A DNA stretch of 64,000 bases, from the IMG/VR virus record IMGVR_UViG_3300034073_003542, positions 1 through 64,000 of that record. One strand, given 5' to 3'. Of this stretch, positions 18,708 through 31,600 are shown in pieces. The notes below the pieces were generated by a model, which saw only the letters and a program-made list of their open reading frames with translations, made no database searches and was not told the origin of the DNA. A program made the position numbers and the translations under genes. The first letter of the stretch is position 1, and each line of letters begins with the position of its first letter.

Positions 18708-19566
18708 AAATTTTACTGTTAAGATCGACGATAAGGACGTAGAGTTTGTTGTTAAAAGCCCAAGTTTACAAGATCAGAGGGAAGCTACCAAGGTTTATAA
18801 TCAGGCCTTTACAGAGGCTCTAAAGAGCAAAGCTGTGGTTCGAGCAAAATTAGACGATTTGCTTGTTGAGCAAGGTTTGTGGGACGAAGCAAAACAACAA
18901 AAATTTGCTGCCCTACAGGACGAAATTCTTGATGGCGAAAAGAAGTTAAGTAAGGGTGGTATTTCTCTAAAAGCAGCTAAAGATGTTGCTCTAAATATGC
19001 GAGTAAAAAGAGCAGAATTGCGTGATTTAATTAGTGTCAAAACAAATCTTGATACTCATACAGCAGAAGGCCAAGCTGATAATAGCAAATTTAATTATCT
19101 AGTTTCTGCTTGTGTGGTGTATAAAGATAGTAATAAGCCTTATTTTAAGGACTACGAAGACTATAACAACAGAGCATCTGATGTTGTAGCTCTTTTAGGC
19201 GCCCAAAATTTGGCTAATATGCTTTATGGTCTAGATAATGACTATGAAGATAAGCTACCAGAAAATAAGTTTTTGAAACAGTATAAATTTGTTGATGATA
19301 AATTGCGTCTTGTTAATAAAGATGGTCATTTAGTTGATAGCGAAGGAAGGCTAATTGACGAAAATGGTCGTTATATTAACGAGAAGGGTGAGTTCGTTGA
19401 TAAAAACGGAAATCTTGTAGACAAAGAAGGAGACTATATAGTAGAATTCCAGCCATTCTTAGATGATGATGGAAAACCTGTAGTTTTAGAGGACACAACC
19501 AAAAATGAAGAATCAACACCGCCAGAAGAAAGTAAATCAGAAGAACCTGTTGCAGCCACAGTGTGA
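18697..19566 (+). CDS. Probable tail assembly chaperone with 7-aa D/N-x-x-G repeats
   Basis: Last gene before the TMP; repeat array VNKDGHLVDSEGRLIDENGRYINEKGEFVDKNGNLVDKEG. Confidence 0.5.
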   Translation: MKTRNFTVKIDDKDVEFVVKSPSLQDQREATKVYNQAFTEALKSKAVVRAKLDDLLVEQGLWDEAKQQKFAALQDEILDGEKKLSKGGISLKAAKDVALNMRVKRAELRDLISVKTNLDTHTAEGQADNSKFNYLVSACVVYKDSNKPYFKDYEDYNNRASDVVALLGAQNLANMLYGLDNDYEDKLPENKFLKQYKFVDDKLRLVNKDGHLVDSEGRLIDENGRYINEKGEFVDKNGNLVDKEGDYIVEFQPFLDDDGKPVVLEDTTKNEESTPPEESKSEEPVAATV

Positions 19567-19597
19567 TAAATTTTTTCACGGCGTTTCGTCATACAAT

Positions 19598-19637
19598 ATC
19601 CCTTATATTCCATGTGAGTATATGGGATTTTGTTTTT
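19598..19637 (+). terminator. Imperfect hairpin plus U-tract before the TMP gene (possible attenuating terminator)
   Basis: ATCCCTTATATTC-CATGT-GAGTATATGGGAT followed by TTTGTTTTT. Confidence 0.55.
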
Positions 19638-19651
19638 AATAAGGATCAACT

Positions 19652-22600
19652 ATGGCTAGTAAATTCAATCTAACAGCAGAACTTAATCTACGTGGACCAG
19701 CAAATCTACGTACTGTTGTAGCTGATATACGCCGTCAATTAAGTGGCGTAAAGGTTGATGTTGGCGTTAATGTTGCAAAAAATGCTGGTCGTAATATTGA
19801 CAATATAACAAATCGTCTAAATCAACTTAATGCCTCATTAGTACAAGCTCGCACTAGTACCGATCAACTAAACGCTTCTTTTGGTCAATTAGCGGCTATT
19901 GCTAGATCAATAGATACGGTCAATGTTAAAGCGTCTCAATCGACTAAACAACATGCTGACTCGATAAATCAAACAGCAAAAGCTGCTGCTGTAGCTTCTA
20001 GTAGAGTAGAAGAGTTTGGTAAGCAAAGCGCCCTTGCTATTAAGAGATTTGCGGCTTTTAGTTTACCTACTGTAACATTTTTTGCTTTAGGAAGAGCTGT
20101 TCAGTCTGGTATCGAGTCATTTATTGATTTTGATAAACAGATGGTAAAGTTGGAGCAGATCACTGGAAACACAAGAACTCAGCTAAAAAGTTTGAGCGGT
20201 GAAATAACTCGTCTTTCTACAACTATGGGTGTTAGTAGTTCAGAATTAGCTAAAGTCGCCGAAACCCTAGCTCAAGCTGGTTTGAGCGCAAAAGATACTA
20301 CTACTGCTCTTCAAGCTCTAGCTAAAACAGATTTAGCTCCATCATTTGATAATTTGACCCAAACAACAGAAGGCGCTATTGCTGCTATGCGTCAGTTTGG
20401 TTTAGAAGCCAAAGATTTAGAGCGAGCACTAGGATCTATTAATGCTGTTTCTGCTGCGTTTGCTGTTGAATCAGGAGACATTATCGCTGCTATTCAGCGT
20501 ACCGGTGGTGTATTTGCAAGCACAAGTAAGGGCGTAAGTGAAGGCACCGATGCTCTTAATGAGTTTGTTGCTGTGTTCACCAGCGTTCGTGCTACAACGC
20601 GTGAAAGCGCCGAGACAATTGCGACTGGTTTACGTACTATTTTTACGCGTATTCAAAGAGCTGGAACAATCAATCAATTAAAAGACTACGGCATTCAATT
20701 ACAAGACTTAGAAGGTAAATTCGTTGGACCTTATGAAGCAGTAAAGAGATTAAGCGAAGGACTCAAATCTCTCGATCCAAGAGATATTCGTTTCTCTAGC
20801 ATTATCGAAGAGCTTGGTGGATTTCGTCAAATTGGTAAAGTGTTGCCATTAATTCAACAATTTGCTACTGCTCAAGAAGCTCTTAAAGTAGCTCAAAGAG
20901 GACAAGGAAGTTTAACAGACGCCCAAATCAAGGCTCAACAAAGTCTTTCAAACCAATTTTCTAAAGTTCGCGAAAATTTCTTGGCTCTTATGAGAGATAT
21001 TGGTAATAGCACAGCTTTTCAAGGTTTAGCGAAAATTGTTTTGGTTCTATCAAATAGTTTAATTGGTTTAGTTGGGGCCTTTAAACCAGTACTACCTATT
21101 TTGGCTGTTATTGGAGCTATTAAGGGAATTAGCGCTATTGGCAGTTTTTCAAAAGGATTTTTTGGAAGTAAAAAACAAGCAAAGCCATCATTATTTGCTG
21201 GTGCAGCTGGCGAAGACCCAAAAGAAAAAGCTACGCGAGAAAGAAACGAAGCTACTGCTAGAGCAGCAGAAGCTTTAAGGATTAATACAGACGCCCTTAA
21301 TAAATTAACTGGCGCAATTACGGCCCTTGATGCTACTATTCAAAGTAGACCCACCTCAACTTTTAGTAAGGGTGGCAAGGTTCTTGGATTTAACACTGGT
21401 GGTATTGTTCCTGGTAATGGTGGTGGCGATAGAGTTCCAGCTCTTTTAGAGGGTGGTGAAGTAGTCATCAACAGAAGGGCTGCTCAAAGACATGGTAAGC
21501 ATAACATAAATAAATTAAATAGATATGCTTATGGAGGCTTAGTAGACGCCAATATTGTTAATAGTAATGATCAATATATTGGATTAAAAAAAAATGATGG
21601 GACAGCAAAAGAGGATACATTTGATATTAAAACTAAAAGACAATATATTACATTAAAAAATGTTGATAGATATGCTGGAAAAGCAATAGCAGATGGTGAA
21701 GTTGTTAACTTTGATGCTCAAGGATACAAACAAAGAGCCAAAACACCAGGATGGAAACAATTTGAACAAATAATTGAACAATTAGGATATAAAGACTTAA
21801 ACAAATCCACAAAGAGAAACAATTACCCCATTGACTTTACTAAAGGTGGTGAATGGTACGATGCAAAAAACGTATCCTCACCAGTTCCAGATAGGGAATT
21901 AGCAAGAAAGGCTTTACATCATATCTTAACGGAAACATATAAGAACTATGATTATCTCACACCACACAAAAAAATAAAAACTAGAGACGAAAACAGTCTA
22001 CTAAAATATACAAATAAACCTATTACTGTAGGTGGAGATGAGATTGAAGCCACTAGAACTATTACTCAACTTATTCCTAGATATGAAGTAGATAATAATC
22101 AAAAAAATATAGATAAAATACAGGGTGCTATAACTGGTACAAGTAAACAAAAAGGAACACTAAGTCGTAATGCCAATAAGGCTTTACAGCAAGATCTACA
22201 AGACTTACAAACAGATAATACAGTAGGAACATTAGGGGCGCGCAAAATATTATCAGCTAGTAATAGACTTAGTAGTAATTTTACATTAGGTGGATTAGTT
22301 CAAAGCTTTGCGGAAGGTGGTCGTATTGGATATATTGATTCAGACGTTATTAAAGAACAACTCGCTGGACCAAAAGAAAAATCTATAGTCGACGCTATGG
22401 CTAGTTTGGGATTAGGAAAAAATAAGAAAAAAGTAAATACTTATGTTGCAAAACTTATTGATTTAGCTAAATCTTCTCGTGGAGCAGAAGAAGCTTCTGT
22501 TAAGAAGTTGAGTGTGCTTTTTGGTTCTGCTGGTAGTGGCAAGTCTTCTATCCTAACAGGAGCAGCGGGTATTCCAGGAAGATCCCCTTTTACTGGAAGT

Positions 22601-25600
22601 AAACCAATTTTAACGCCTAAAGATATAGATGACGTAGAAGAAGTTGTAATAGCTACAAGTACAGTAACTCCAGATAAAATCAAGAGATTTATTTCTGATG
22701 CAGATGAAGTGTACGCTATTAGTGCTACGACACAAGCAGAACAAGAAAGAATTAAACAAAATAGAAAATCCAGAGATGAAACGGGATTAGGATCTTATGG
22801 GCGTAAAGCTGGGGCCACAAAAACCGCAAAAATTGATACTGTATTTGAAGAAGCTTTATTACTAGAACTACAACAACAAAATCAAGCGCGAGGCAAATCA
22901 CAAAAACTATCTATTTTTGGAAGAAGCGATAGCGATGAATTTAGAGAAAAAACTGGAACAGAACTACCTAGTTTTAGAAGAGAAAAAATTAGCATTGCGA
23001 GAGGTAGCTTTGGACCATTTACCGCTGGTCACGAATATCTACAACAATTTGCCCAAGAAGAATACGGAATCCCACCACAAGCTTTTGCTTATTTGGTTGC
23101 TCCAGACGAAGGAATAGATATTGGGCGAGAAATAACTAATCACGATATTAGAACAGCTATCTTAGATCAATCTATTCGTGAAGCTGTAGTTCAATTAACT
23201 TCTAGAAAAGGCAAGAGCTATAATGTTGGAGCTACTGGTCGTGGAGATAGAAGTATACCACAAGGAATAGAAATAACCAAATCTGGAGCAGCGCAAAGAT
23301 CGGTTCTATTACCTGGTGCCGGTAGCATCAATATTGTTTCTAAGGCTGATGCATCGGCTAAAAAATTAGCTAAACTAGAAAAAGCTTCCCAAGAAGCCGG
23401 ATATAAACTGGTGGATATTCCTCGATTTGAAGGTATTTCTGGATCGCAAGTTAGAGAAGCTATCGAAACTGGAGATCTAACCACTCTACAATATGCTCTT
23501 AATCCCACTTCATATGCTATAATGAAGAAAAATTTACAAAATATTCAAAATAGAATTAGGGCCGTTCCAGAATTAATTACCAAAAATAGAGCAACATTAA
23601 CATCAGAATTAGATCCAATAGACGAGAAGATTCGTGAACTAGGACCAGATCCAGCCAACTTCAAAGAAGTAAATGAGCTTAAAAACCAAAGATATGATAT
23701 CATATCATCATACTCATACTCTTTACATAAATCGTTACAAGAATTAGCTTCACAAGATCCAGTTAATTTTGCTATTGACACAAATATTTCCGACGAAGAA
23801 CTATCCTCTGCTCGACTAGATATAGCCAATAGAGCGCCCTTAAAACAAAGATCAATTGAAGAAGCGGTTTTAGCAACACAACCTAGAGTTTTAGCTGAAT
23901 CTGTTCCAGCTTTCGCAAACAAGAAGAAAAAAACTAGTACTGGTAGAGGTAGACAATATAATATAGAAAGAGAACCTACTTTAAATGAACTTCAAGATTC
24001 TTCTGGACCTTTTTCAGAACTAGCTCAGTTAACAGTTAAAGATCCACAAGAAGTTCAGGCTAAAATTAAAGACTGGCAAGAATTTGTAAAAAAAACTATT
24101 AGAGATGCTGGATTAGATGAATATGGTGGCTTTAAAGCTTTAGATGGAAATTCTGGTCCAGCAACTATTGCTAGTATTTTTGACCAAAAAGCAGGTAAAG
24201 CAAAACCAATAACAAAAAAAGTACCAATATTAGATCCAAACGGTAATCCTACCGGTAAATATCGAGATACAGGAGAAATAATTGGATATCAAAAATCTAA
24301 ATCAAAAAAGGGTCGCACAAAAGAAGATCAAGCAGTTATAGACGCTGTTATTAAAACAGCAAGAGAAGCTAGAGAAAAACTTGTTGACAAATACAAAGAA
24401 GGAAAAAGAGAGTCTTATAGCTTTATAAAGCCAGTAGATGCTACTGAAACATTAGATTTCAAAAAACAAGGACTATTATTTGCGGGAGTTGGTATTAATG
24501 GAGAGCCATATAGCCCAAAAAGATTATCTTTAGGCTCTGGTTTAGATGTTTTAGTTGGAGGATATATATTAAACGATAAAGATACTCGTAAAGAAATTGA
24601 ACAATATTCTGAAAACACAATAAGAGCAGAAAAAACAGCCGCAGAGAAAGGACAAGCTGGTGTGGCTGCGTCTTATCTAAAACGTGGTAAAAAATTAGCA
24701 CTAGATTTTGATAAAACATTAGTTACTGGAGCGGATCTTCATGGCGACGATTTAGATGCGTTTGCTGATATAGATAAAGTAAAGGCTAGTTTAGAAAATC
24801 CTCAAACTAAATTAACAATATTAGGAGAGAAATTAAGAAGAGTATTGGCTAGTCAAAAAGCTCAAGCTACAAAAACTGATTTATTATCTAGAATGAGAGT
24901 TGTAACAGCAAGACCTCATCATACTGTTGGAATTTTAGGAAATTGGTTAGCTCAACAAGGTATACCTATAACAGATATTAAGGGTGTTGGAGGAAAAGGA
25001 TTATCTGATCAACAAGTTGCAGAAGCTAAAGCCGCTTTATTAGATTTAGAGTCATTATTTATTGATGATAATGAAACTAATGTGAGAGTTGCCAAAGAAC
25101 AAGGCTTTAATGCAATTAGATATGGTGCTGCTGAATTCGACGAATCTGGAGAAAGATTACATAGAGGACAAGACGTTATTGAAGGACTATTTCTTCAAAA
25201 TATAATCAAAAGATTTAGCGGTAGACAAGCTGTTGGCGGAATCAATAATACTAGTATGGATTTTCCAACAGGGCTTGGATTAGCAGCAGAATTATTTCCT
25301 GGTTTAGATCCAGATATTCCCACAGACGCAAAAAGAACCTTACGTGGAGCCTCCGACTTAAAGAGTAATATTACAAATTATCTTAAGAAAGAAGGAAGAT
25401 TTAATACAAAATCAGTAGGAGCAGCGCAAGGTCAATTAGAGCCAGTTGGATTTGCTGGCGGAGGTATTGTTCAGCGATTTTCAAAAGCTGGACAAGTAGA
25501 TTACGATCCCAAAACTAAAAGAGTAATGAATATTCTTGGGAAAATTAAAAGTCCAACTGGAACAATAGATCCTAGCAAATTAAGTGAAGCTGAATTAGGT

Positions 25601-28600
25601 ATATTATCTAGTCTTGGCGGAACATCGCAAATAGGTTCTCGTTTATTCGAGGCTCCTGGTGTTGGAGAGATGAATAAATTTGTGAGAGAAAATGAAGCAG
25701 ACAGAGGAAGATACGCAGCTGAAATTAAGACCAAAAATGCTCCAGTAAGAGAATCTCGTGCAGCAGAACAAAGAGCCAGACGAGCAAGAAAAAGTGAAAT
25801 AAGGGAGATGAGTGAAACAAGACTCGCCCAAATGAATCTATTTGGTGGTATGACGGAACTAGATCCAGAAATTATCGAAGGTATTGATAAACCAAATCCA
25901 GAAGATATTTTTGGGGCTTTAAGAGAAGCTTTTGCTGAAACAACAGATAGAGGAAAAGCTTTAGCAGAAGAGGGTGGGGGATTTTTAAGTAAGTTCCGCG
26001 AAGGAATCAAAAAGAAAAAATTTATTTCTGCGACAGAATTCGTAGGAAGTTTACCTAATGCCGAAGAACAAATCAAGTCTGCTCGTAGAGAATTACAATC
26101 ACAGTCAGCCAGCACAAAAGATTCAAAAATACAAAAAAGTCTAGCGGATCAATTAGGAAAATCTTCTATAGGACTAGAAGAATTGGCTGCTTATCGTGGG
26201 GGTGCATTGCCAGCTAATGCTAGCAGAGCGACAAAATTTGCGTGGACAATGAGCCAAATGGTTGAAGGAGCTAATGAGTTAGCTAAAGGTGGAATAGTTG
26301 GATTTGCTAATGGAGGAAACGCAGATTATTATTCTTTAGAGAAGAATAGTGGGTTTAAATCTGGAGAGTTTGATGAATTAGTGCGATTTGCTAAAACTAA
26401 TGGATTCACATTGCCAGAATTTCAAAAATATTTAACAAAAAGACTAGCCGAGAAAAAAACTAATAGTCAGTTAATGATGGACCCATTACAATTGGCTCAA
26501 GCATTGATATCTCATACTCCAACGCCAACAGATGCCCAACGTAAATTAGCTGATTCATTAAAAGGAGGGCCAATAGACGCCCAATATAATCCTAAATATG
26601 ATAGGGTTGTTAAAGGTTTTGCTAGTGGTGGATTGGCCGAACACACAGACTCTATGGCTGGATTGATGCGCGACCTATATGGCAATAGATCAAGCGAAAC
26701 ACCAACCAAAAAACAAAAGAATTTTGGACAAATTGCCTTAAGAACAGGAAATAGAATACAAGCAAATTATTTTGACGGCCCCGATAGAACAGGTTATGTT
26801 ATAGCAGATAAAATGGGAGATATATTCGCTGTTCAATCCTCTTCAGCTACAAGTGGTTATGGTCCAAAGCTATACGATATTGTAATGGAAGCAGCTACAG
26901 AACAAGGTTCGATGCTTACATCTGACAGAAAAAGTGTAAGTAAAGAGGCTAAGGCTGTTTGGGACTATTATTTTAATAAAAGATCAGATGTTAAGAAAAT
27001 ACCATTAGATCCGATTGATTGGGTCTCTAATAACAGACTACTAGATGAAAAACTATATGGACCTCCAGATACATGGCCTCCATATAATGATCCTGCTTGG
27101 GTACTGCAAACAGGGTATCAAAAGAATCCGTCAGATATTAATAATCCAGACTTAGTCCAAAGATTAGCTATTGGTGGATCTGCCTCGTTTGCTAGTGGAG
27201 GAATAGTACCAGCCCGAGTATCAAACGGAGAAGGATTTGTTCCTCCTGCTCAAGCTAAGAGTATTGGATATGGCACCTTATCTAAAATGAATCAAGCAGA
27301 TCGTATTGGTGGATTTGCTAGTGGTGGAAGTATTAGCAGATTTAGTGGGCCAGGTAGCGGAACCAGTGACTCTATTGGGCCTGTTGGTCTACCAGTAGGA
27401 AGTTTTGTAATTCGTAAGAAGGCTATGGATGCTATGGGGTATGCTAAGGGAGGAGTTGTTGGATTAGCTGCTGGTGGTGTTTTAGATAAAGAAAGACTTG
27501 ATTATCTTGACTATTTAGCCAAAGAAAGAGGACAAACAGTAGCCCAATATCAAAGAGCAGAAGCTGGAAATGTAGTTAAAAGAGCTAATGAAATTCAATC
27601 AGAAAGCAAACAAGCTAAAAGAAATCTAACTCTGTTAGGAACATCACAAAGGAAAAATTTGGGCGGAGTTAATGTAGCGGCCACAATAAAAGCAGGCACA
27701 ACAGACGCTAATTTTGCAAAAGTAAATGCTGCTGTAGAAGCTTTTACTAATCAGATACAAAAAGCTGATCCAACACTATCTTACGATAAAGCTAGAGCTG
27801 CTGCTATAGGTATGGCAGATGCCTTGGCTAGAGGTGAGACCTCTGCTGATTCTGTAGCTGTAGCAAATAAGACTCTTAAAGGAAAATTAGATATAACTGT
27901 CACTAGCACTGAAGCCCTTATAAAAGCTGCCGATGATGCTGGTGTCGCTTTAGAAGACTTAGGGGCCGAAGTAACTACAGATGCTACTGGTAAGATAGTA
28001 GGTATTAAAAATAAAGGTTCGGCCTTAACAGATCAAGAATTTCTACAATCTCGTGCTGGGCAAAGATTTGGGGCGCTTGGAAATATACTACCAGCAAGAG
28101 CATTACAAGGATTTGCTGAATCTGGATTTGGTAAGGTGTTAGGTTCTGGTGCCGATTTTATTGAAGGTAAGAGCGGCGGAAGATTTGGTAACCTAAGTAG
28201 AGGTTTTGCTGCTCTTGGTGGATTTCAAGGAATAGGAACTGGATTAGCTGGAGCAAGTGAAGGAATTAAAAGCTTGTTGCCTGTTGGAGTTACTGATGAT
28301 CCCGGTATTGCTGGTACTTTTGGCGGATTAACTGGAGCTGGTACTGGAGCTGCTGTTGGAGCACAATTAGGTTCTTTTGCTGGTCCAATAGGAACATTAA
28401 TCGGAGGTATTGGTGGGGCTATCGTTGGTGGAATTAAAGGATATTTTGAAGCTAGTAATCAAGCAGTACTAAAAGGCGCTTTTGATAAACTTTCAAGCTC
28501 AACATCAAAACTAGACGACGCCTTTAAGCGTCTAGATAACGAATTTACTAAAGATAATTTTAGCGAAACAACAAAAACTTTACGACAAGTTGCCCAAGAC

Positions 28601-31600
28601 AATGTAGCTATCGGTAAAATAGCTACTGAGGAAAAAACTTTTAGTAATTATTTTACAAGACCAAGCGATGCTGTAAGACAAGAAGCTCTAACAGGCTTTA
28701 TATCTCAATCAAGAAATATAGCTACATCAAACGTTAAACTTGGACAAATACAAGCATCCAAATTAGCAACAACAGGCCAATTGGATAATGCAAGCTTTAG
28801 TCCTATTTTAGAGCAGTTTGCTACGCAAGATCAGAAAAACGAAGCGGCAGTTTCTGCATATGTAGCTAAGATGTCAGAAGCTGGAGCAAGCGAAGAACAA
28901 ATAGGGAAAATACTAACAACAAATAGAACACTAGCTATTAAAAAAGGTCTAGAGTTTATCGCAGCAGAAGACGCCCTTATCAAAAAGAATGAACTTACAG
29001 TAAGGGGAATAAAAGAAGTAGAAAGAGCCACATTTAGATTATTAGATGTTTATAGAAAAGCAGGAGCCAACGCCCAAAGATACGGAGACGAACTAGAAAA
29101 TGTTACAAATCGTATTGCTGGATATATAGGAGATTTAACTGGTGCCGCGCAGCTACAAAACGTCAATAGAGAAAATGAACAGGTATTTGCTAATATATCA
29201 GCATATTCAAAAGATGAAATTCGCGCCGCAGCCGAGCAAGTTTCTGGGTTTTCTGGAAATACGCCAGAAACAAAAGAATTAGCTGGGCAAGCAATAGTTG
29301 CCAAAGTATTAACAGATGAATTACCTGGATTGATTTCTAGATCTGGTGGAGATAAAGGAGAAATAATTAAAGGACTAACAGCCGCTTTTGAGGCACAAGG
29401 AATTAAGGGTAGAGGAGTTAATGAAATATTAAGTCAAATTGAAAAAGTCATTGATGACAATAACGATAAAGGAACAGGCTCTGGATCTCTACTAGAAGAT
29501 TTAGATAAGAGTGGGGTTTACACAAAAGCGTCCAAAACTGCCGAAGAAGCAGTTAAGACACTAGGAACCCTGCAAAAACAATACAATGATACCTTGCAAA
29601 AACTTATTGATTTTTCAAACCAAAGAAACCAAATCATACTTAAACAGAACGGCCTATTACGCAAAGCAGAACAAACTAGACTTAAAGCAGAATTAGAACT
29701 AGCTGATGTTTTAGGTAAGAGTATATCATTAGATAAACTTAATAAGCCGTTCGAGACCGAAATAAAATCTCTAACTTCTAGTATTGCTGGCGCTGGATTT
29801 TTAGATGGGGAAACATTAGATCCAACAAAAATTGGACAAGCTATACAAGGAGCTGCTTCTAGAAATAAGGATTTAGAGCAAGCTATTCTTAATGAAAAAG
29901 CACAGTTCAATAATGCTACTACAGAAGAACAAAAAAATCAAATTAATCAAAATATTAGAGGATTCCAAGAAGAACTAGCTAAGAATAAATTAGGGATTAC
30001 AGAAGCAACAGAAGCTCTAGAAAAATTGGCTGACGACGGAACTCGTGCCGCTAATGCTTTAACTAAAATTCAAGAAAAGCAACAAAGAGGTAAAGCTACT
30101 ACAGATAAGATTTTTGAAGCTTTTACATTAGATCCACAACAAGTAATAGAGCGTAATTTTCAAGCCGGTATTTTAGGAAACATACTAAGTGGAGACAGAA
30201 CAGCCCTAGCTACTTCACAAGGTCGTGGTGCTGCTGTTGCTGGATTAGAACAATTTAATGGAATATTACCAAAACAACTATATAATGAATTAAGATCGCA
30301 GTTATTAGAAGCATTTTTAAGATCCACTGGGGGATTAACAGAAGCACAAATTCAACAACAGGTTGAGTCTGTGAAAAATGAGGGCATCGACCCAAATGAT
30401 CCTTTAATTCAAGCTTATAAAGAAGCTTCTAGCAATTCTATTGATGCTATGAATGCTTTAAGGCTATCACAAGATGCAGCAAGAGAAGAACTTACTAAAG
30501 AAATGAGAAATTTGAGCATTAGCTTAAATGGAGTTGGAAATATATTTCAAGGAGCCTTAGGTAGTTCACGCGGACCTGCTCCAGACGAAAAGGCTAGTGG
30601 TGGTAGAATTAGATTATCTAAAGGAGGTAAAGCTGTTCCTGTTAGAGTTTCTAATGGAGAAGGTGTTTTTAACCGAGCAGAAGCTGCAAAAATAGGATAT
30701 AGTAGACTTCAAAAAATGAACCATGCTGATAAAAATGGGCACCAGTATGATGGAGATATTAATCGGTTCAATGGTCCTGGTACTGGAACTAGTGATAGCA
30801 TATTTACACAATTAGAGGAAGGCAGTTATGTTATTAGAGCTAAGGCAATGGAGGCTATGCAGACAGCAGCTAATGGTGGTAAAATTCAAAGATTAGGTGT
30901 CGGCGGAATTACAATTAATGGAAATTATTATCCGGCTAGCGATAAAGAAAACGAATGGAATCCAGAAAAAGAATTAGCAGAAATAAATAGAAGAGCAGAA
31001 GAGCGACAAAAAGAAGCAACTAATAGAAAAGCCGATTACGATAAACAGATGGTTGAAAGATTTGGAACAAAAGAAGATCGTGAGGCCTCTAGAGTAGAAG
31101 CACAAAGAAAGAAAGCCGATGCACAAGCTAGATTAGATGAGGCAACAGCAAAAAGAGAGGCTTCTATTCAGGCTCTTTTAAATCCTGTTCAGGTTTCTGA
31201 AACAAGAACACCAGAAGAAATACAAACAGTAATCAACAATAGAGCTAAACAAATTGAAGATAGATTAACACAAGAAAGAAAAGGTAGAAGCTTGGCCTTA
31301 AAGGGCTTAGATCCTAATTATGAACAGCTAAAAGCAGATAATGCGCCAGCAACAGCAATAGGTAAGCTTAGAATATCGGACAATTTAAAAACTTTTGAAT
31401 CACTAGTGAATGAAGGAGATGAATTAGCGATATACGCTAAGAAATTTGGTCTAGAATCAGCTTTTAGAAAAGAAATAGAAAATAGATATAAATATTCTAA
31501 TAATTTGCCTAGTCGTAGAACTAGATCTATAATACGAGATAAAGACGGAAAAAATCCAGAGTATGTGACCTCTGATAAAACTGAGATACGAAATATTTTA

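Noticed and set aside
19116-19124. GGTGTATAA as a TMP promoter
   Set aside because: Lies inside coding sequence (VVYK), about 535 nt from the next start and upstream of a terminator-like hairpin; may be chance.
17346-19651. Programmed -1 frameshift of the lambda G/GT type in the tail chaperones
   Set aside because: No convincing slippery site linked to an overlapping downstream frame was found by eye; each ORF has its own start.
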